Positions 40,879 through 50,342 of a DNA stretch of 64,000 nucleotides are shown one piece after another. Made by a program: the position numbers and the translations under genes. The notes under the pieces are model-generated. The model had not been told where the DNA came from. It saw only the letters and a list, made by a program, of their open reading frames with translations, and did not search any database. Source of the stretch: Alphaproteobacteria bacterium (GTDB lineage: Bacteria > Pseudomonadota > Alphaproteobacteria > RF32 > CAG-239); NCBI GenBank assembly GCA_045633945.1, contig JAZQZH010000052.1:28322-92321 (forward strand). Reading direction: 5' to 3'. Position 1 is the stretch's first letter. Each line of letters starts with the position of its first letter.

Positions 40879-42577
40879 TATTTTTTGTTTTTTGGTTGCT
40901 TTTTTGTTTTCTACAAATTTATTTGCAGATACTCTTGATGTTTTTGTTGATAAAAATGTTTTATCTGAAGCAGATATTTTATATTTAACGGTTGAATATA
41001 ATGGCTCTAATAGTAACACTCCTGATTTTTCTAGTGTATTAGATGATTTTCAAATTGTACAAAACTCTTCTTCTAGCCAGTATTCCTTTATTAACGGCAA
41101 TATTACTCAAACAAAAAAATGGACACTTGGTCTTAAAGCTAAAAAAACAGGTAAAATAACAATTAAACCAATAAAAATGGGGAAACTTACATCTAACTAT
41201 GTGGATGTGGAAGTGAAAGAGTTATCTAATGTGGCTTATATTCCTGATAGCAAACAAAACTTTAATTCGCCATATTTTGAGATAAAACAAAATATTGATA
41301 CTAGCACCCCTTATGTAAATCAACAGATGCTTATGTCTGTTACTATACTTGATACTATTGGGCTTAATAATGGAAACTTGGCGGTTGTTGAAAATACCAA
41401 AAAAAATTGGATTATTCAGCCTTTATTAAAAGAGCCTATTAAAAAAATCAAGAATATAAACGGAAAAAAGACAAATGTTGTTACATTTTTATTTGCGCTA
41501 TTTCCTCAAAAAAGTGGAAAAATAGAACTGCCTCAATATTCTTTTGAAGGCGAATATGTGAAGGATGTTGGGTTTGGTTTTAGTAATTTTGATGATGCGT
41601 TTGCAATGTTTGATAATGGTATTAATAGTCTTTTTGGGCAAAGTGTTCCTGTAAAAATGAAGACAAACTTGAAAATAATAGATGTAAAACCTGCTGCTGA
41701 TGGGATTAGAGTACAAGATTGGCTCCCTCTTAAAGATATTAAAGTAACGGGTGTTATTAATAGCGAGAAAAAGATTACTGTTGGCGAAACCTTTAATTAT
41801 GAAATAACTATTGTTGCCACAGGAACTGCGAAAAATTTATTACCTTTAAGCTTATCTCCTGATGTTATTGGTGCTAAAAAATATCCTGAAAAACCTGTTT
41901 TTGTAGAAGAGGTTCAGGATAAAAATGTTGTTACCACCGCAAAGTACAATACTGTTTATATACCAGAAAAGGCTGGAGAGATTGTTATACCTAAAATGGA
42001 TATTAAATGGTTTAATTTGAACACGAATACTATTGAAACTATTAGCGTTGAGGAAAAGAAAATAAAAGTAACATCTGATAATGTGGTTTTTGATGTGATT
42101 GACAGTCAAACAGATACATCAAATAACTCTAAAGAAACAACAGTAAGTGATGATAAGACAAAAGATGTTACAAATCCTATTAATTTGAAGATTAAAATTA
42201 AATATCTTATATATATTCTGGTGTTTTTAATTATTGCTCTTGTTTATAAAAAACACAAAAACAACCCTATAAATTGCTATAAAAAAGAGGTTATTGATAG
42301 TATAAAAAAGAAAAACTATAAACAAACGAAACTTTCTATTATTGAATGGGCTAAAATTAGATATAAGAATAAGGATATTAATAATTTTAAGGATATTGTT
42401 TGTATAGTAAAAGATAAAGAATTTGAAAAACAATTAGACATTTTGAATAAATTGTTATATTCTAGTAGTGAAGAGGTTTTGGATGTTAATATTTTTATTA
42501 AAACATTTAAATCTGTTGGGAAAAATAAAAAAGCAAAGTCATCTGATTGTGATGTTTTGCCGAATTTATATGAGTAG
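40865..42577 (+). CDS. batD: BatD-like oxygen tolerance protein
   Basis: It has a signal peptide and beta-rich repeats (DVFVDKNVLSEADILYLTVEY...ITIKPIKMG). A TM helix (YLIYILVFLIIALVY) lies near the C-terminus, followed by a cytoplasmic tail. It overlaps the upstream gene by 14 nt. Confidence 0.7.
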   Translation: MKTYNIFCFLVAFLFSTNLFADTLDVFVDKNVLSEADILYLTVEYNGSNSNTPDFSSVLDDFQIVQNSSSSQYSFINGNITQTKKWTLGLKAKKTGKITIKPIKMGKLTSNYVDVEVKELSNVAYIPDSKQNFNSPYFEIKQNIDTSTPYVNQQMLMSVTILDTIGLNNGNLAVVENTKKNWIIQPLLKEPIKKIKNINGKKTNVVTFLFALFPQKSGKIELPQYSFEGEYVKDVGFGFSNFDDAFAMFDNGINSLFGQSVPVKMKTNLKIIDVKPAADGIRVQDWLPLKDIKVTGVINSEKKITVGETFNYEITIVATGTAKNLLPLSLSPDVIGAKKYPEKPVFVEEVQDKNVVTTAKYNTVYIPEKAGEIVIPKMDIKWFNLNTNTIETISVEEKKIKVTSDNVVFDVIDSQTDTSNNSKETTVSDDKTKDVTNPINLKIKIKYLIYILVFLIIALVYKKHKNNPINCYKKEVIDSIKKKNYKQTKLSIIEWAKIRYKNKDINNFKDIVCIVKDKEFEKQLDILNKLLYSSSEEVLDVNIFIKTFKSVGKNKKAKSSDCDVLPNLYE

Positions 42578-42588
42578 GGAGCGTTGTT

Positions 42589-43488
42589 TTGAGTAAAATT
42601 CTTTATACACTTTGGGTTAAGAGAATAATTTGCGGTCTTATTGCTATATTAGCTTTGATTGGCGGTATTATGCTTATTTGCTCTGACAATCAAGCACTTC
42701 AAGCTATTGGTTTTTGCTTTTTTATATTAGGTTTGACCTTATCTTATATAGCTGTTGTGCAAAAACTTCCGAATTATAGTTTTTGGATAACAGTGATTGC
42801 ATTAGGTTTGGCTTATGCGTTGTGTTATCCTGCTTTTTTGAGCGATGAAATACAAGATGCTAAACAAGTAAAAACCTCTGTGGAAGAAGTTAAGGAAGAA
42901 GAAAAATCTGAGGAAAACACTCAAAAAAAAGAAGCTAAAAAATCAACAGCAGATGAAAAACCTAAAAAATCACAGCGTTCTGGTATCGATTTTTCTAAAT
43001 ATCCTAGGATATACGGACAGATTAAAGTTATTCACGCAAATGTCTTTTACATTGGCGGTAGATATGTACGTTTGTTTGGTTTAGATGCCCCCGACAGCGA
43101 TCAGATTTGTTCTGATGCTAATGGAAGCTCATATAATTGCGGACAAGCAGCAGCATCTTGGGTCATTAACTGGATTGATGACAATGAAATTGATTGTTAT
43201 TTATTACAAATCAATCCATCTAGTGTAGATGTAGCGGTGTGTATGTGGGGAAATTATGACATTGGCGCTAGCCTTGTTGCTTCTGGTTGGGGGGTAGCAA
43301 ACACAGACGAAACAAGTATATATAAAGCATATGAAGCTAAAGCAAGAAGTGGTTCATCTGGATTGTGGCAAGGCACTTTTTATTCTCCTTCGGATTGGAG
43401 AAAAATCAAAAATGAAAGAAACAACTTTACAATACATAAAAAAGCTAGAAAACGTAGTTTCTTTTCATTTTTTAAATCATGGTTTTAG
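42589..43488 (+). CDS. membrane-anchored staphylococcal-nuclease (SNase)-like protein
   Basis: It has three N-terminal TM helices, a K/E-rich linker and an SNase-like core (YVRLFGLDAPDSDQ ... LVASGWGVA ... EAKARSGSSGLWQG). It uses a TTG start. Confidence 0.7.
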   Translation: MSKILYTLWVKRIICGLIAILALIGGIMLICSDNQALQAIGFCFFILGLTLSYIAVVQKLPNYSFWITVIALGLAYALCYPAFLSDEIQDAKQVKTSVEEVKEEEKSEENTQKKEAKKSTADEKPKKSQRSGIDFSKYPRIYGQIKVIHANVFYIGGRYVRLFGLDAPDSDQICSDANGSSYNCGQAAASWVINWIDDNEIDCYLLQINPSSVDVAVCMWGNYDIGASLVASGWGVANTDETSIYKAYEAKARSGSSGLWQGTFYSPSDWRKIKNERNNFTIHKKARKRSFFSFFKSWF

Positions 43489-43496
43489 GAATAGAT

Positions 43497-43961
43497 ATGT
43501 CTTTTAGTAGAGTTTTTTATTGTAAAAATGAGGAAGACACTAAAAAATTAGCAAAGCTATTTGCCAAAATTGCTAAAAATGGTGATATATTTGCTTTATA
43601 TGGCACCTTAGGTGTTGGAAAAAGTTGTTTTTCTAGATATTTCATTCAAGAACTAACAAATGTTGATGATGTGCCCAGCCCAACATTTACTCTTGTTCAA
43701 ACATATGAAGCTGATGATTTTGATATATATCACTATGATATGTACAGATTAAAAACACCAGAAGAAGCTTTTGAACTAGGTGTTGAAGAATCTTTTTATA
43801 ATGGTGTAAATCTTATTGAATGGCCAGAAAAAATTGCTAGCATTTTACCAAAAAATATTTGGAAAATAGCAATTACTGTTGAAGATGGTGTTAGAGTTTT
43901 TTGTGCTGAATGTTTTTCTGATGAAAAAGAGAAAAGATTGGAGCAAATTGTATATGGATAA
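43497..43961 (+). CDS. tsaE: tRNA t6A37 biosynthesis ATPase TsaE
   Basis: It has the P-loop YGTLGVGKSCFSRYF, SPTFTLVQTY, and HYDMYRL. ATG 43497 follows AGGAA. Confidence 0.85.
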   Translation: MSFSRVFYCKNEEDTKKLAKLFAKIAKNGDIFALYGTLGVGKSCFSRYFIQELTNVDDVPSPTFTLVQTYEADDFDIYHYDMYRLKTPEEAFELGVEESFYNGVNLIEWPEKIASILPKNIWKIAITVEDGVRVFCAECFSDEKEKRLEQIVYG

Positions 43962-44379
43962 TATTTATGCAACCCTTATTGATTTTTTTGGAAAAGGAAT
44001 TCTTTTTGTTGGAAAATCTGGTAGCGGCAAGTCTGACACAGCTTTAAGAATGATTATGGATAAAGGAGCTAAACTTGTTGCTGATGACAGAGTTGACATA
44101 TATGAAAAAGATGGAAAAATTTATGGAAAAGCTCCTAATAATATTTTGAATAAAATAGAAATACGAAATATTGGAATAGCTATATTAGATGATACAACTG
44201 AATGTATAGATATTGCTCTATGTGTTGAACTGGTTGCAAATAGAGGTGATTTAGAAAGAATGCCAAAAGAAAAATATATTGAATTTTTTGGAGTTAAAAT
44301 ACCACAAATATCACTATATCCTTTTGATGTTTCTACAACTAATAAAATTATTCAAAAAATATGTGGTAAAATTATCTAA
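43954..44379 (+). CDS. hprK: HPr kinase/phosphorylase, short alphaproteobacterial form (C-terminal domain only)
   Basis: It has GILFVGKSGSGKSDTALRMI, LVADD and EIRNIGI. It is 141 aa from ATG 43954, which overlaps the tsaE stop by 8 nt. Confidence 0.8.
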   Translation: MDNIYATLIDFFGKGILFVGKSGSGKSDTALRMIMDKGAKLVADDRVDIYEKDGKIYGKAPNNILNKIEIRNIGIAILDDTTECIDIALCVELVANRGDLERMPKEKYIEFFGVKIPQISLYPFDVSTTNKIIQKICGKII

Positions 44380-44412
44380 GCGTGATAAATATATAAAAAA
44401 AAGAGGTGCGAT

Positions 44413-45204
44413 ATGATTACAAACATTCTTACTAACTTTCTTAGGACTCTAGGAAAGCCTCTTGTTGCCTTTTTGGCATCTTTGGGGGATTTAACTATTT
44501 TTATTCTAAAATCAATTTATCACTGCTTTGTTCCTCCTTTTTATTTTAGGTTGTTCTTTAAGCATGTTTTAGATATTGGGTTTTATTCTTTACCCGTTGT
44601 TGGATTAACAACATTGTTTGCGGGTATGGTTATCGCCCTTCAAACATATTCTGGTTTTTCCGGATTTAAAGCTGAAAGCGTTATTGCTTCAGTTGTTTTA
44701 ATTTCGGTAACAAGAGAGCTAGCTCCCGTTTTATCTGCATTAATGGTTGCTGGAAGAATTGGCGCAGCTATGGCTGCTGAAATTGGTACAATGAGAGTTA
44801 CAGAACAAATTGATGCACTTGTTACTCTTTCTACAAACCCCTTTAAATACTTGGTATCTCCAAGATTGTGGGCAGGGTTTATTGTGTTGCCTATACTTGT
44901 TTTTATTGGTGACATTATTGGTGTTTTTGGAGGATATGTTGTAGGGGTTTATAAGCTAGGCTTTAATCCTGCTAACTACATCAACGCAACCTTTCAAGAC
45001 TTACAAATGATTGGTATATACTCTGGTTTAGTTAAAGCAGCCGTTTTTGGTTTTATTATATCAATGATGGGATGCTATCATGGTTATAAATCTAAAGGTG
45101 GCGCTCAAGGTGTTGGCAACGCAACAACAAATGCTGTTGTATCTTCATCTATACTAATTCTTATTTTCAACTATCTCATTACAGAAATGTTCTTTTCTAG
45201 ATAA
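44413..45204 (+). CDS. mlaE: MlaE-type ABC transporter permease
   Basis: The protein is 263 aa and has the conserved sequence RELAPVLSALMVAGRIGAAMAAEIGTMRVTEQIDAL. Confidence 0.85.
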   Translation: MITNILTNFLRTLGKPLVAFLASLGDLTIFILKSIYHCFVPPFYFRLFFKHVLDIGFYSLPVVGLTTLFAGMVIALQTYSGFSGFKAESVIASVVLISVTRELAPVLSALMVAGRIGAAMAAEIGTMRVTEQIDALVTLSTNPFKYLVSPRLWAGFIVLPILVFIGDIIGVFGGYVVGVYKLGFNPANYINATFQDLQMIGIYSGLVKAAVFGFIISMMGCYHGYKSKGGAQGVGNATTNAVVSSSILILIFNYLITEMFFSR

Positions 45205-45215
45205 GGAGAGTTTGT

Positions 45216-45983
45216 ATGTCAAAAGAAGTAAAAATTAAAATAAGAAACTTACACAAAAGTTTTGGAAAAAAACACGTTTTAAATGGTGTTGATCTTGATG
45301 TGCATAAAGGGGAATCTCTTGTGGTTATTGGGGGCTCAGGAACGGGAAAATCGGTTTTAATAAAGTGTATTCAGGGATTATTAAAGCCAGATAGTGGTTC
45401 TATTATAATTGATGACATTGAAATTATTGATGAAAATACTGATATTATTGATGGAATGCACAGTAAAATGGGCATGCTTTTTCAAGGCGGAGCTTTGTTT
45501 GATAGTTTGAAAGTTTGGGAAAATGTTGCCTTTGACCTTATTGAGAATCGAGGCATGAATAAGAAAGAAGCCAAAATTGTTGCAATAAAAGTTTTAAGAC
45601 AAGTTGGTTTGAGTAGTGATATTGCCGATTTATATCCTTCCGAACTATCTGGTGGAATGCAAAAGCGTGTTGGTTTGGCGAGAGCTGTTGTAACAAAACC
45701 TGAAATTATATTTTTTGACGAACCAACAACAGGACTTGACCCAATTATGGCTGACGTCATCAACGATTTAATCATTGAATCTGCAAAAGACTTGGGAGCA
45801 ACTACACTCACAATCACTCACGATATGGTTTCTGCTAGGAAAATTGCTGATAAAATAGCAATGCTATATCAGGGAAAAATTGTTTGGTATGGTTCTGTAA
45901 AAGAATTGGATAAAACTAGCAATCCTTATGTAAAGCAATTCATAAATGGTTCTTCTAAAGGGCCGATTGTGGTGGAGAAATAG
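45216..45983 (+). CDS. mlaF: MlaF-type ABC transporter ATP-binding protein
   Basis: It has Walker A GGSGTGKS, the signature LSGGMQKRVGLARA, and Walker B IIFFDEPTTGLD. Confidence 0.85.
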   Translation: MSKEVKIKIRNLHKSFGKKHVLNGVDLDVHKGESLVVIGGSGTGKSVLIKCIQGLLKPDSGSIIIDDIEIIDENTDIIDGMHSKMGMLFQGGALFDSLKVWENVAFDLIENRGMNKKEAKIVAIKVLRQVGLSSDIADLYPSELSGGMQKRVGLARAVVTKPEIIFFDEPTTGLDPIMADVINDLIIESAKDLGATTLTITHDMVSARKIADKIAMLYQGKIVWYGSVKELDKTSNPYVKQFINGSSKGPIVVEK

Positions 45984-45984
45984 T

Positions 45985-47358
45985 ATGGCAAAAAAAACAA
46001 TGGTAGAGTTTGTTTGTCAATCATGCGGTAGTGTTTATCACAAATGGCAAGGCAAATGTGATGCATGTGGAGAATGGAACTCTATTGTTGAAGAAAAAAA
46101 ACAGAGTACAGAATTTTCTAATATATCTCCCAAACAACAAGGAAATTTAATCAATTTTGTCTCTTTAAACGGAGAAATGCAGACATATAAAAGGCTTGTT
46201 ACAGACTTATCTGAAATTAATAGAGTTTCCGGCGGAGGATTGGTTCCTGGTTCTGTTATATTGGTCGGTGGTGACCCTGGTATTGGTAAATCTACCTTAT
46301 TGCTCCAGGTTTGTGCAAACGTTGCAAACAAGTTAGAAAATGGCACTTGTTTTTATATTTCTGGGGAAGAAGCTATTGATCAGGTAAGAATTAGAGCTAA
46401 AAGACTTGGTTTGGCAAATTCTCCTGTAAAACTGGCTAGCACAACAAGCGTAAAAGATATTATTACCACCCTAGAAAAAGAAAACCCATCACTTGTTATA
46501 ATAGATTCAATACAAACAATGTATCTTGATGAAGTAGAATCTACACCTGGAAGCGTTGCACAAGTAAGAGCAGCAGCATATGAACTTATAAAAATAGCAA
46601 AAAGAAAAGGGTTTACGCTATTTTTAGTTGGACATGTAACCAAGCAAGGCGCTATTGCAGGGCCTAGGGTTTTGGAACACATGGTTGATACTGTACTCTA
46701 TTTTGAAGGCGATAGAGGTCATCACTTCCGTATATTAAGAGCTGTTAAAAACAGATATGGAGCAACAGATGAAATTGGTGTTTTCGAAATGCAAGAAACG
46801 GGATTGGTTGAGGTTGAGAACCCTTCTGCATTATTTTTAGCAGAAAGACAGGGGTGTGTATCTGGTTCTTGCGTTTTTGCCGGTATAGAGGGCTCTAGAC
46901 CTTTGCTGGTTGAAATACAAGCTCTTGTTGGAAATAGTGGTTATAGTGGGGCTAAAAGAGCGGTTGTTGGCTGGGATTCTGGAAGACTTGCAATGATTTT
47001 AGCTGTGCTTGAAGCTAGATGTGGAATGAATTTTAGCAACCATGATGTTTATTTGAATATTGCGGGCGGACTAAAAATATCTGAACCCGCAGCAGACTTA
47101 GCTGTAGCTATGGCTGTTATATCATCTATGACAAATAAACCCCTTCCTTCTGATATGGTTGTTTTTGGAGAAATTGGTTTATCTGGCGAGATAAGAGCTG
47201 TGAGTCAACCAAACCTTCGCTTAAAAGAAGCTCAAAAACTTGGTTTTACAAATGCTATTATTCCAAACAGCTTTACAGATAAAAAACAGAAAATTATAAC
47301 AAATATGTCTTATCACGAAATTGGTAATGTACAAAGACTTATATCTAAATTTAGTTAG
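45985..47358 (+). CDS. radA: DNA repair protein RadA/Sms
   Basis: It has the zinc finger CQSCGSVYHKWQGKCDACGEW, Walker A GDPGIGKST, the KNRYG motif, and a Lon-like C-terminal domain. Confidence 0.95.
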   Translation: MAKKTMVEFVCQSCGSVYHKWQGKCDACGEWNSIVEEKKQSTEFSNISPKQQGNLINFVSLNGEMQTYKRLVTDLSEINRVSGGGLVPGSVILVGGDPGIGKSTLLLQVCANVANKLENGTCFYISGEEAIDQVRIRAKRLGLANSPVKLASTTSVKDIITTLEKENPSLVIIDSIQTMYLDEVESTPGSVAQVRAAAYELIKIAKRKGFTLFLVGHVTKQGAIAGPRVLEHMVDTVLYFEGDRGHHFRILRAVKNRYGATDEIGVFEMQETGLVEVENPSALFLAERQGCVSGSCVFAGIEGSRPLLVEIQALVGNSGYSGAKRAVVGWDSGRLAMILAVLEARCGMNFSNHDVYLNIAGGLKISEPAADLAVAMAVISSMTNKPLPSDMVVFGEIGLSGEIRAVSQPNLRLKEAQKLGFTNAIIPNSFTDKKQKIITNMSYHEIGNVQRLISKFS

Positions 47359-47366
47359 GAGTTAAA

Positions 47367-48143
47367 ATGGAGCCATTAAATAATATTGATGTTATTATTT
47401 TAATAGGAACAGCTGTTTCTATGTTAATAGCCTTTATAAGAGGTTTTGTTAAGGAGATTTTGTCTCTTATTGGTTTGACTTTGTTTGTGGCGTTGGTTTT
47501 GTTTACTTCTCCATTTTTGACCGACTTATTTAAACCATATATCCAAAGTTTAATGTTAACAAAAACTATTGTTTTTTTATTGATTATGGCTGTTTTTTAT
47601 GGGTTTTGGATTGTAGGTTCAGATAAAATTATTGCGCATATAAGAACTAGTTCTCTAAGTCTTATGGATAGGTTGTTTGGTTTATTGTTTGGTTTTTTAA
47701 GAGCCGTTATTGTTGTCAGTTTTTGTTTTTTACTTGTGAAGCTATTACTTCCAGAAGAAATAAAAGACGGAAATTTGAAAAAATCTAAATATTTTATGAT
47801 GGCCGAAGGTTTTTCTGATATGTTAGAAAGCGTAATACCTGAAGAAAAAATAAAAGAGACTCTAAGGTCTGTTGAGGATGTAAATAAGGTTGAAAAAAGA
47901 AAAGAAAATAAAAATAATGATAATGATAAGAAAAAAGAAGAAGATAAAAACGATGAAAAAAATCTAGATGCAACAGCAAAACTACCATCAACAAAAGATC
48001 AGGAACAAATGGATAAGATGTTTGATTTACTTGTTAAACCAGAAATAAAGAAAATTGTTAAAAATGGTGATAAAGAAAAAACAGGATATAGTAAAAATGA
48101 TACTGATGAATTGGAGAGTTTAATTGGCAAGGCTGTTGAATAA
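47367..48143 (+). CDS. cvpA: CvpA-family membrane protein with a K/E/D/N-rich C-terminal extension
   Basis: It has the typical N-terminus IDVIILIGTAVSMLIAFIRGFVKEILSL and four TM helices. Confidence 0.7.
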   Translation: MEPLNNIDVIILIGTAVSMLIAFIRGFVKEILSLIGLTLFVALVLFTSPFLTDLFKPYIQSLMLTKTIVFLLIMAVFYGFWIVGSDKIIAHIRTSSLSLMDRLFGLLFGFLRAVIVVSFCFLLVKLLLPEEIKDGNLKKSKYFMMAEGFSDMLESVIPEEKIKETLRSVEDVNKVEKRKENKNNDNDKKKEEDKNDEKNLDATAKLPSTKDQEQMDKMFDLLVKPEIKKIVKNGDKEKTGYSKNDTDELESLIGKAVE

Positions 48144-48999
48144 ATCGGTATATTTAAGATTGGCTATTGTTTGTGTAGCAATTATTAATGTTTTGGTTGT
48201 TTTTTTGATTAGAGAAAAAACATCTTCCTTTAAGAAACAACCTTTAATCTCTGTTATTATCACAAGCTATAATTATGAAAAATATATACCTAAAACTCTA
48301 GATTCCGTTTTAGAACAAACGTATAAAAACTATGAAGTAATTATTGTTGATGATGGGTCAAAAGATAATTCTATTGAGATTATAAAAAGATATACAAATA
48401 AATATAAAAACTTTTATTTATATACTCATGAAAATAATCAAAATAAAGGACTCGTTGAAAGTATTAAGCTTGCTATTAGTAAAGCAAAAGGTGAATATAT
48501 TGCTTTTTTAGAGAGTGATGACTATTGGCACAAAAACAATTTATTAGAAAAAATAAAAATAATAAATAAGTATGATGATGCACTTTTTATATCAAATAGT
48601 GTTGAATTATTTGGTGATAGCGAGCTTATAAAAATGCGAGCTATGTATATAAATAGGATTGAACAAGTCTTGGTTAGAAAAAATATTATCCATCCATTAC
48701 AGTTAAGAGAATTAAACCCTATTCCTACTTTTTCTTGTATTATGATTAAAAAAGAAATTTTGGATAAACTTGACTACAATACCCCTATTGCACAACTTTT
48801 GGATTATTGGTTATATAGACAAATACTTTTATTTAATCCATTATATCATGTGAAGAGAAATTTGACATATTGGCATCAACATGGTAGTAGCTATTATACA
48901 AGCACAAAAAATGGAATAGAGTTAGATGCTTTTATAAAAGCATGTAATGATATGTTGTTTTCTGGTAAAATTAAATTAAAAAAATACACCCCATTTTAG
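48124..48999 (+). CDS. family 2 glycosyltransferase
   Basis: It has ISVIITSYNYEKYIPKTLDSVLEQTY, EVIIVDDGSKD and the ESDDYW (DxD-like) motif. It has an N-terminal TM helix. The start is TTG 48124 and is uncertain. Confidence 0.8.
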   Translation: MARLLNKSVYLRLAIVCVAIINVLVVFLIREKTSSFKKQPLISVIITSYNYEKYIPKTLDSVLEQTYKNYEVIIVDDGSKDNSIEIIKRYTNKYKNFYLYTHENNQNKGLVESIKLAISKAKGEYIAFLESDDYWHKNNLLEKIKIINKYDDALFISNSVELFGDSELIKMRAMYINRIEQVLVRKNIIHPLQLRELNPIPTFSCIMIKKEILDKLDYNTPIAQLLDYWLYRQILLFNPLYHVKRNLTYWHQHGSSYYTSTKNGIELDAFIKACNDMLFSGKIKLKKYTPF

Positions 49000-49005
49000 G
49001 GGTGT
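48986..49005. terminator. bidirectional hairpin between the convergent GT2 gene and tyrS
   Basis: acacccc (48986-48992) pairs with ggggtgt (48999-49005). An A-run lies on one side and a T-rich run on the other. The hairpin overlaps the GT2 stop codon. Confidence 0.55.
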
Positions 49006-49010
49006 TTATT

Positions 49011-50264
49011 TTATTCTAATATCAAAAGACCGTGCTTCTTTTTGCCCTGAGATAGCTTTATCTTACCATCTTCTAGATCATTGAGTGTTATTAGATAATT
49101 TTCATCTGTAATAACCTTATCATTTAACTTTAGACCAGACTGTTTAATTAAGCGACGGGCTTCACCTTTACTTGCAACAAAGCCTAATGAAACAAAAGCC
49201 TCTAAAACTCCTACACCATCTTTTGAAGCGGTTGTTGTTGGAAGGTCATCACCTGTTGAACCTTTTTCAAACACCTCTAAAGCTGTTTTTTGGGCAGCTA
49301 GAGCATCTGATTCTCCTCTACAAATTTTGGTAGCCTCAAATGCGAGTATTTTTTTGGCTTCATTAATTTCTTTATCCTGCAAAGCCTCTAAGCGTTCAAT
49401 CTCGTCTATTGGTAGATCTGTATATATTCTTAAACATTTGCCGACATCTTTATCGCCAACATTTCTAAAATACTGATAGTAATTATATGATGAGCATTTA
49501 TCATCGTTTACCCAAACAGCATTACCTTCTGATTTACCCATTTTTTTACCTGCTGAATCGGTAATTATTGGGCTTGTAAAACCAAACAATTCTGTATTAT
49601 AACGACGACGACCAAGTTCTGTACCAGAAACAATATTTCCCCATTGGTCTGCTCCAGCTATTTGTGCTCGACAACCATATTTTTGCAATAAAACACAAAA
49701 ATCATATCCCTGTAAAAGCATATAATTAAACTCTAGAAAAGACATTGGTTGCTCTCTTTCTAATCTGCTTTTTACACTATCCATAGTTAGCATTCTGTTC
49801 ACAGAGTAACAAGTACCAATATCTCTTAAAAACTCTAGATAATTAATATTCTTAAACCAATCATAATTATCCACCATTACAGCATCTGTTTTACCATCAC
49901 CAAACTTTAAAAACTTCATAAATGATTGTTTTAAGCCCTTCATGTTTTCTTCAAGAGTTTGTTCATCCAAAAAAGGACGAAGTTTATCTTTACCTGAAGG
50001 GTCTCCAATGCGCGCAGTTGCTCCACCAACTAATGTTAGAGGTTTGTGGCCACATTTCTGAAACCAACGAAGCATCATTAAAGGAACAATATGACCAACA
50101 TGAAGACTGTCAGCTGTTGGATCAGAACCAAGATACCCAATGGCTGGAACACCTCTCTTTTCGCAGTCTGCAAGATACTCGTCAAAACCACTTTCGTTTG
50201 TACACTGATTGTAAAAACCGCGGGCACTCATTATATTCAAAAATTCTGATTTAAATGTTGTCAT
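49011..50264 (-). CDS. tyrS: tyrosine--tRNA ligase
   Basis: It has the HIGH-type motif SLHVGHIV, the KMSKS-type motif KMGKS, and a C-terminal S4-like domain. Confidence 0.95.
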   Translation of the reverse strand: MTTFKSEFLNIMSARGFYNQCTNESGFDEYLADCEKRGVPAIGYLGSDPTADSLHVGHIVPLMMLRWFQKCGHKPLTLVGGATARIGDPSGKDKLRPFLDEQTLEENMKGLKQSFMKFLKFGDGKTDAVMVDNYDWFKNINYLEFLRDIGTCYSVNRMLTMDSVKSRLEREQPMSFLEFNYMLLQGYDFCVLLQKYGCRAQIAGADQWGNIVSGTELGRRRYNTELFGFTSPIITDSAGKKMGKSEGNAVWVNDDKCSSYNYYQYFRNVGDKDVGKCLRIYTDLPIDEIERLEALQDKEINEAKKILAFEATKICRGESDALAAQKTALEVFEKGSTGDDLPTTTASKDGVGVLEAFVSLGFVASKGEARRLIKQSGLKLNDKVITDENYLITLNDLEDGKIKLSQGKKKHGLLILE

Positions 50265-50342
50265 TTTTAATTCCTTATAACTAAATTTTAAGGCATTCTA
50301 ACATATTATTTTGATAAAGCAACCACAAAGAGGTCTTTTTAT

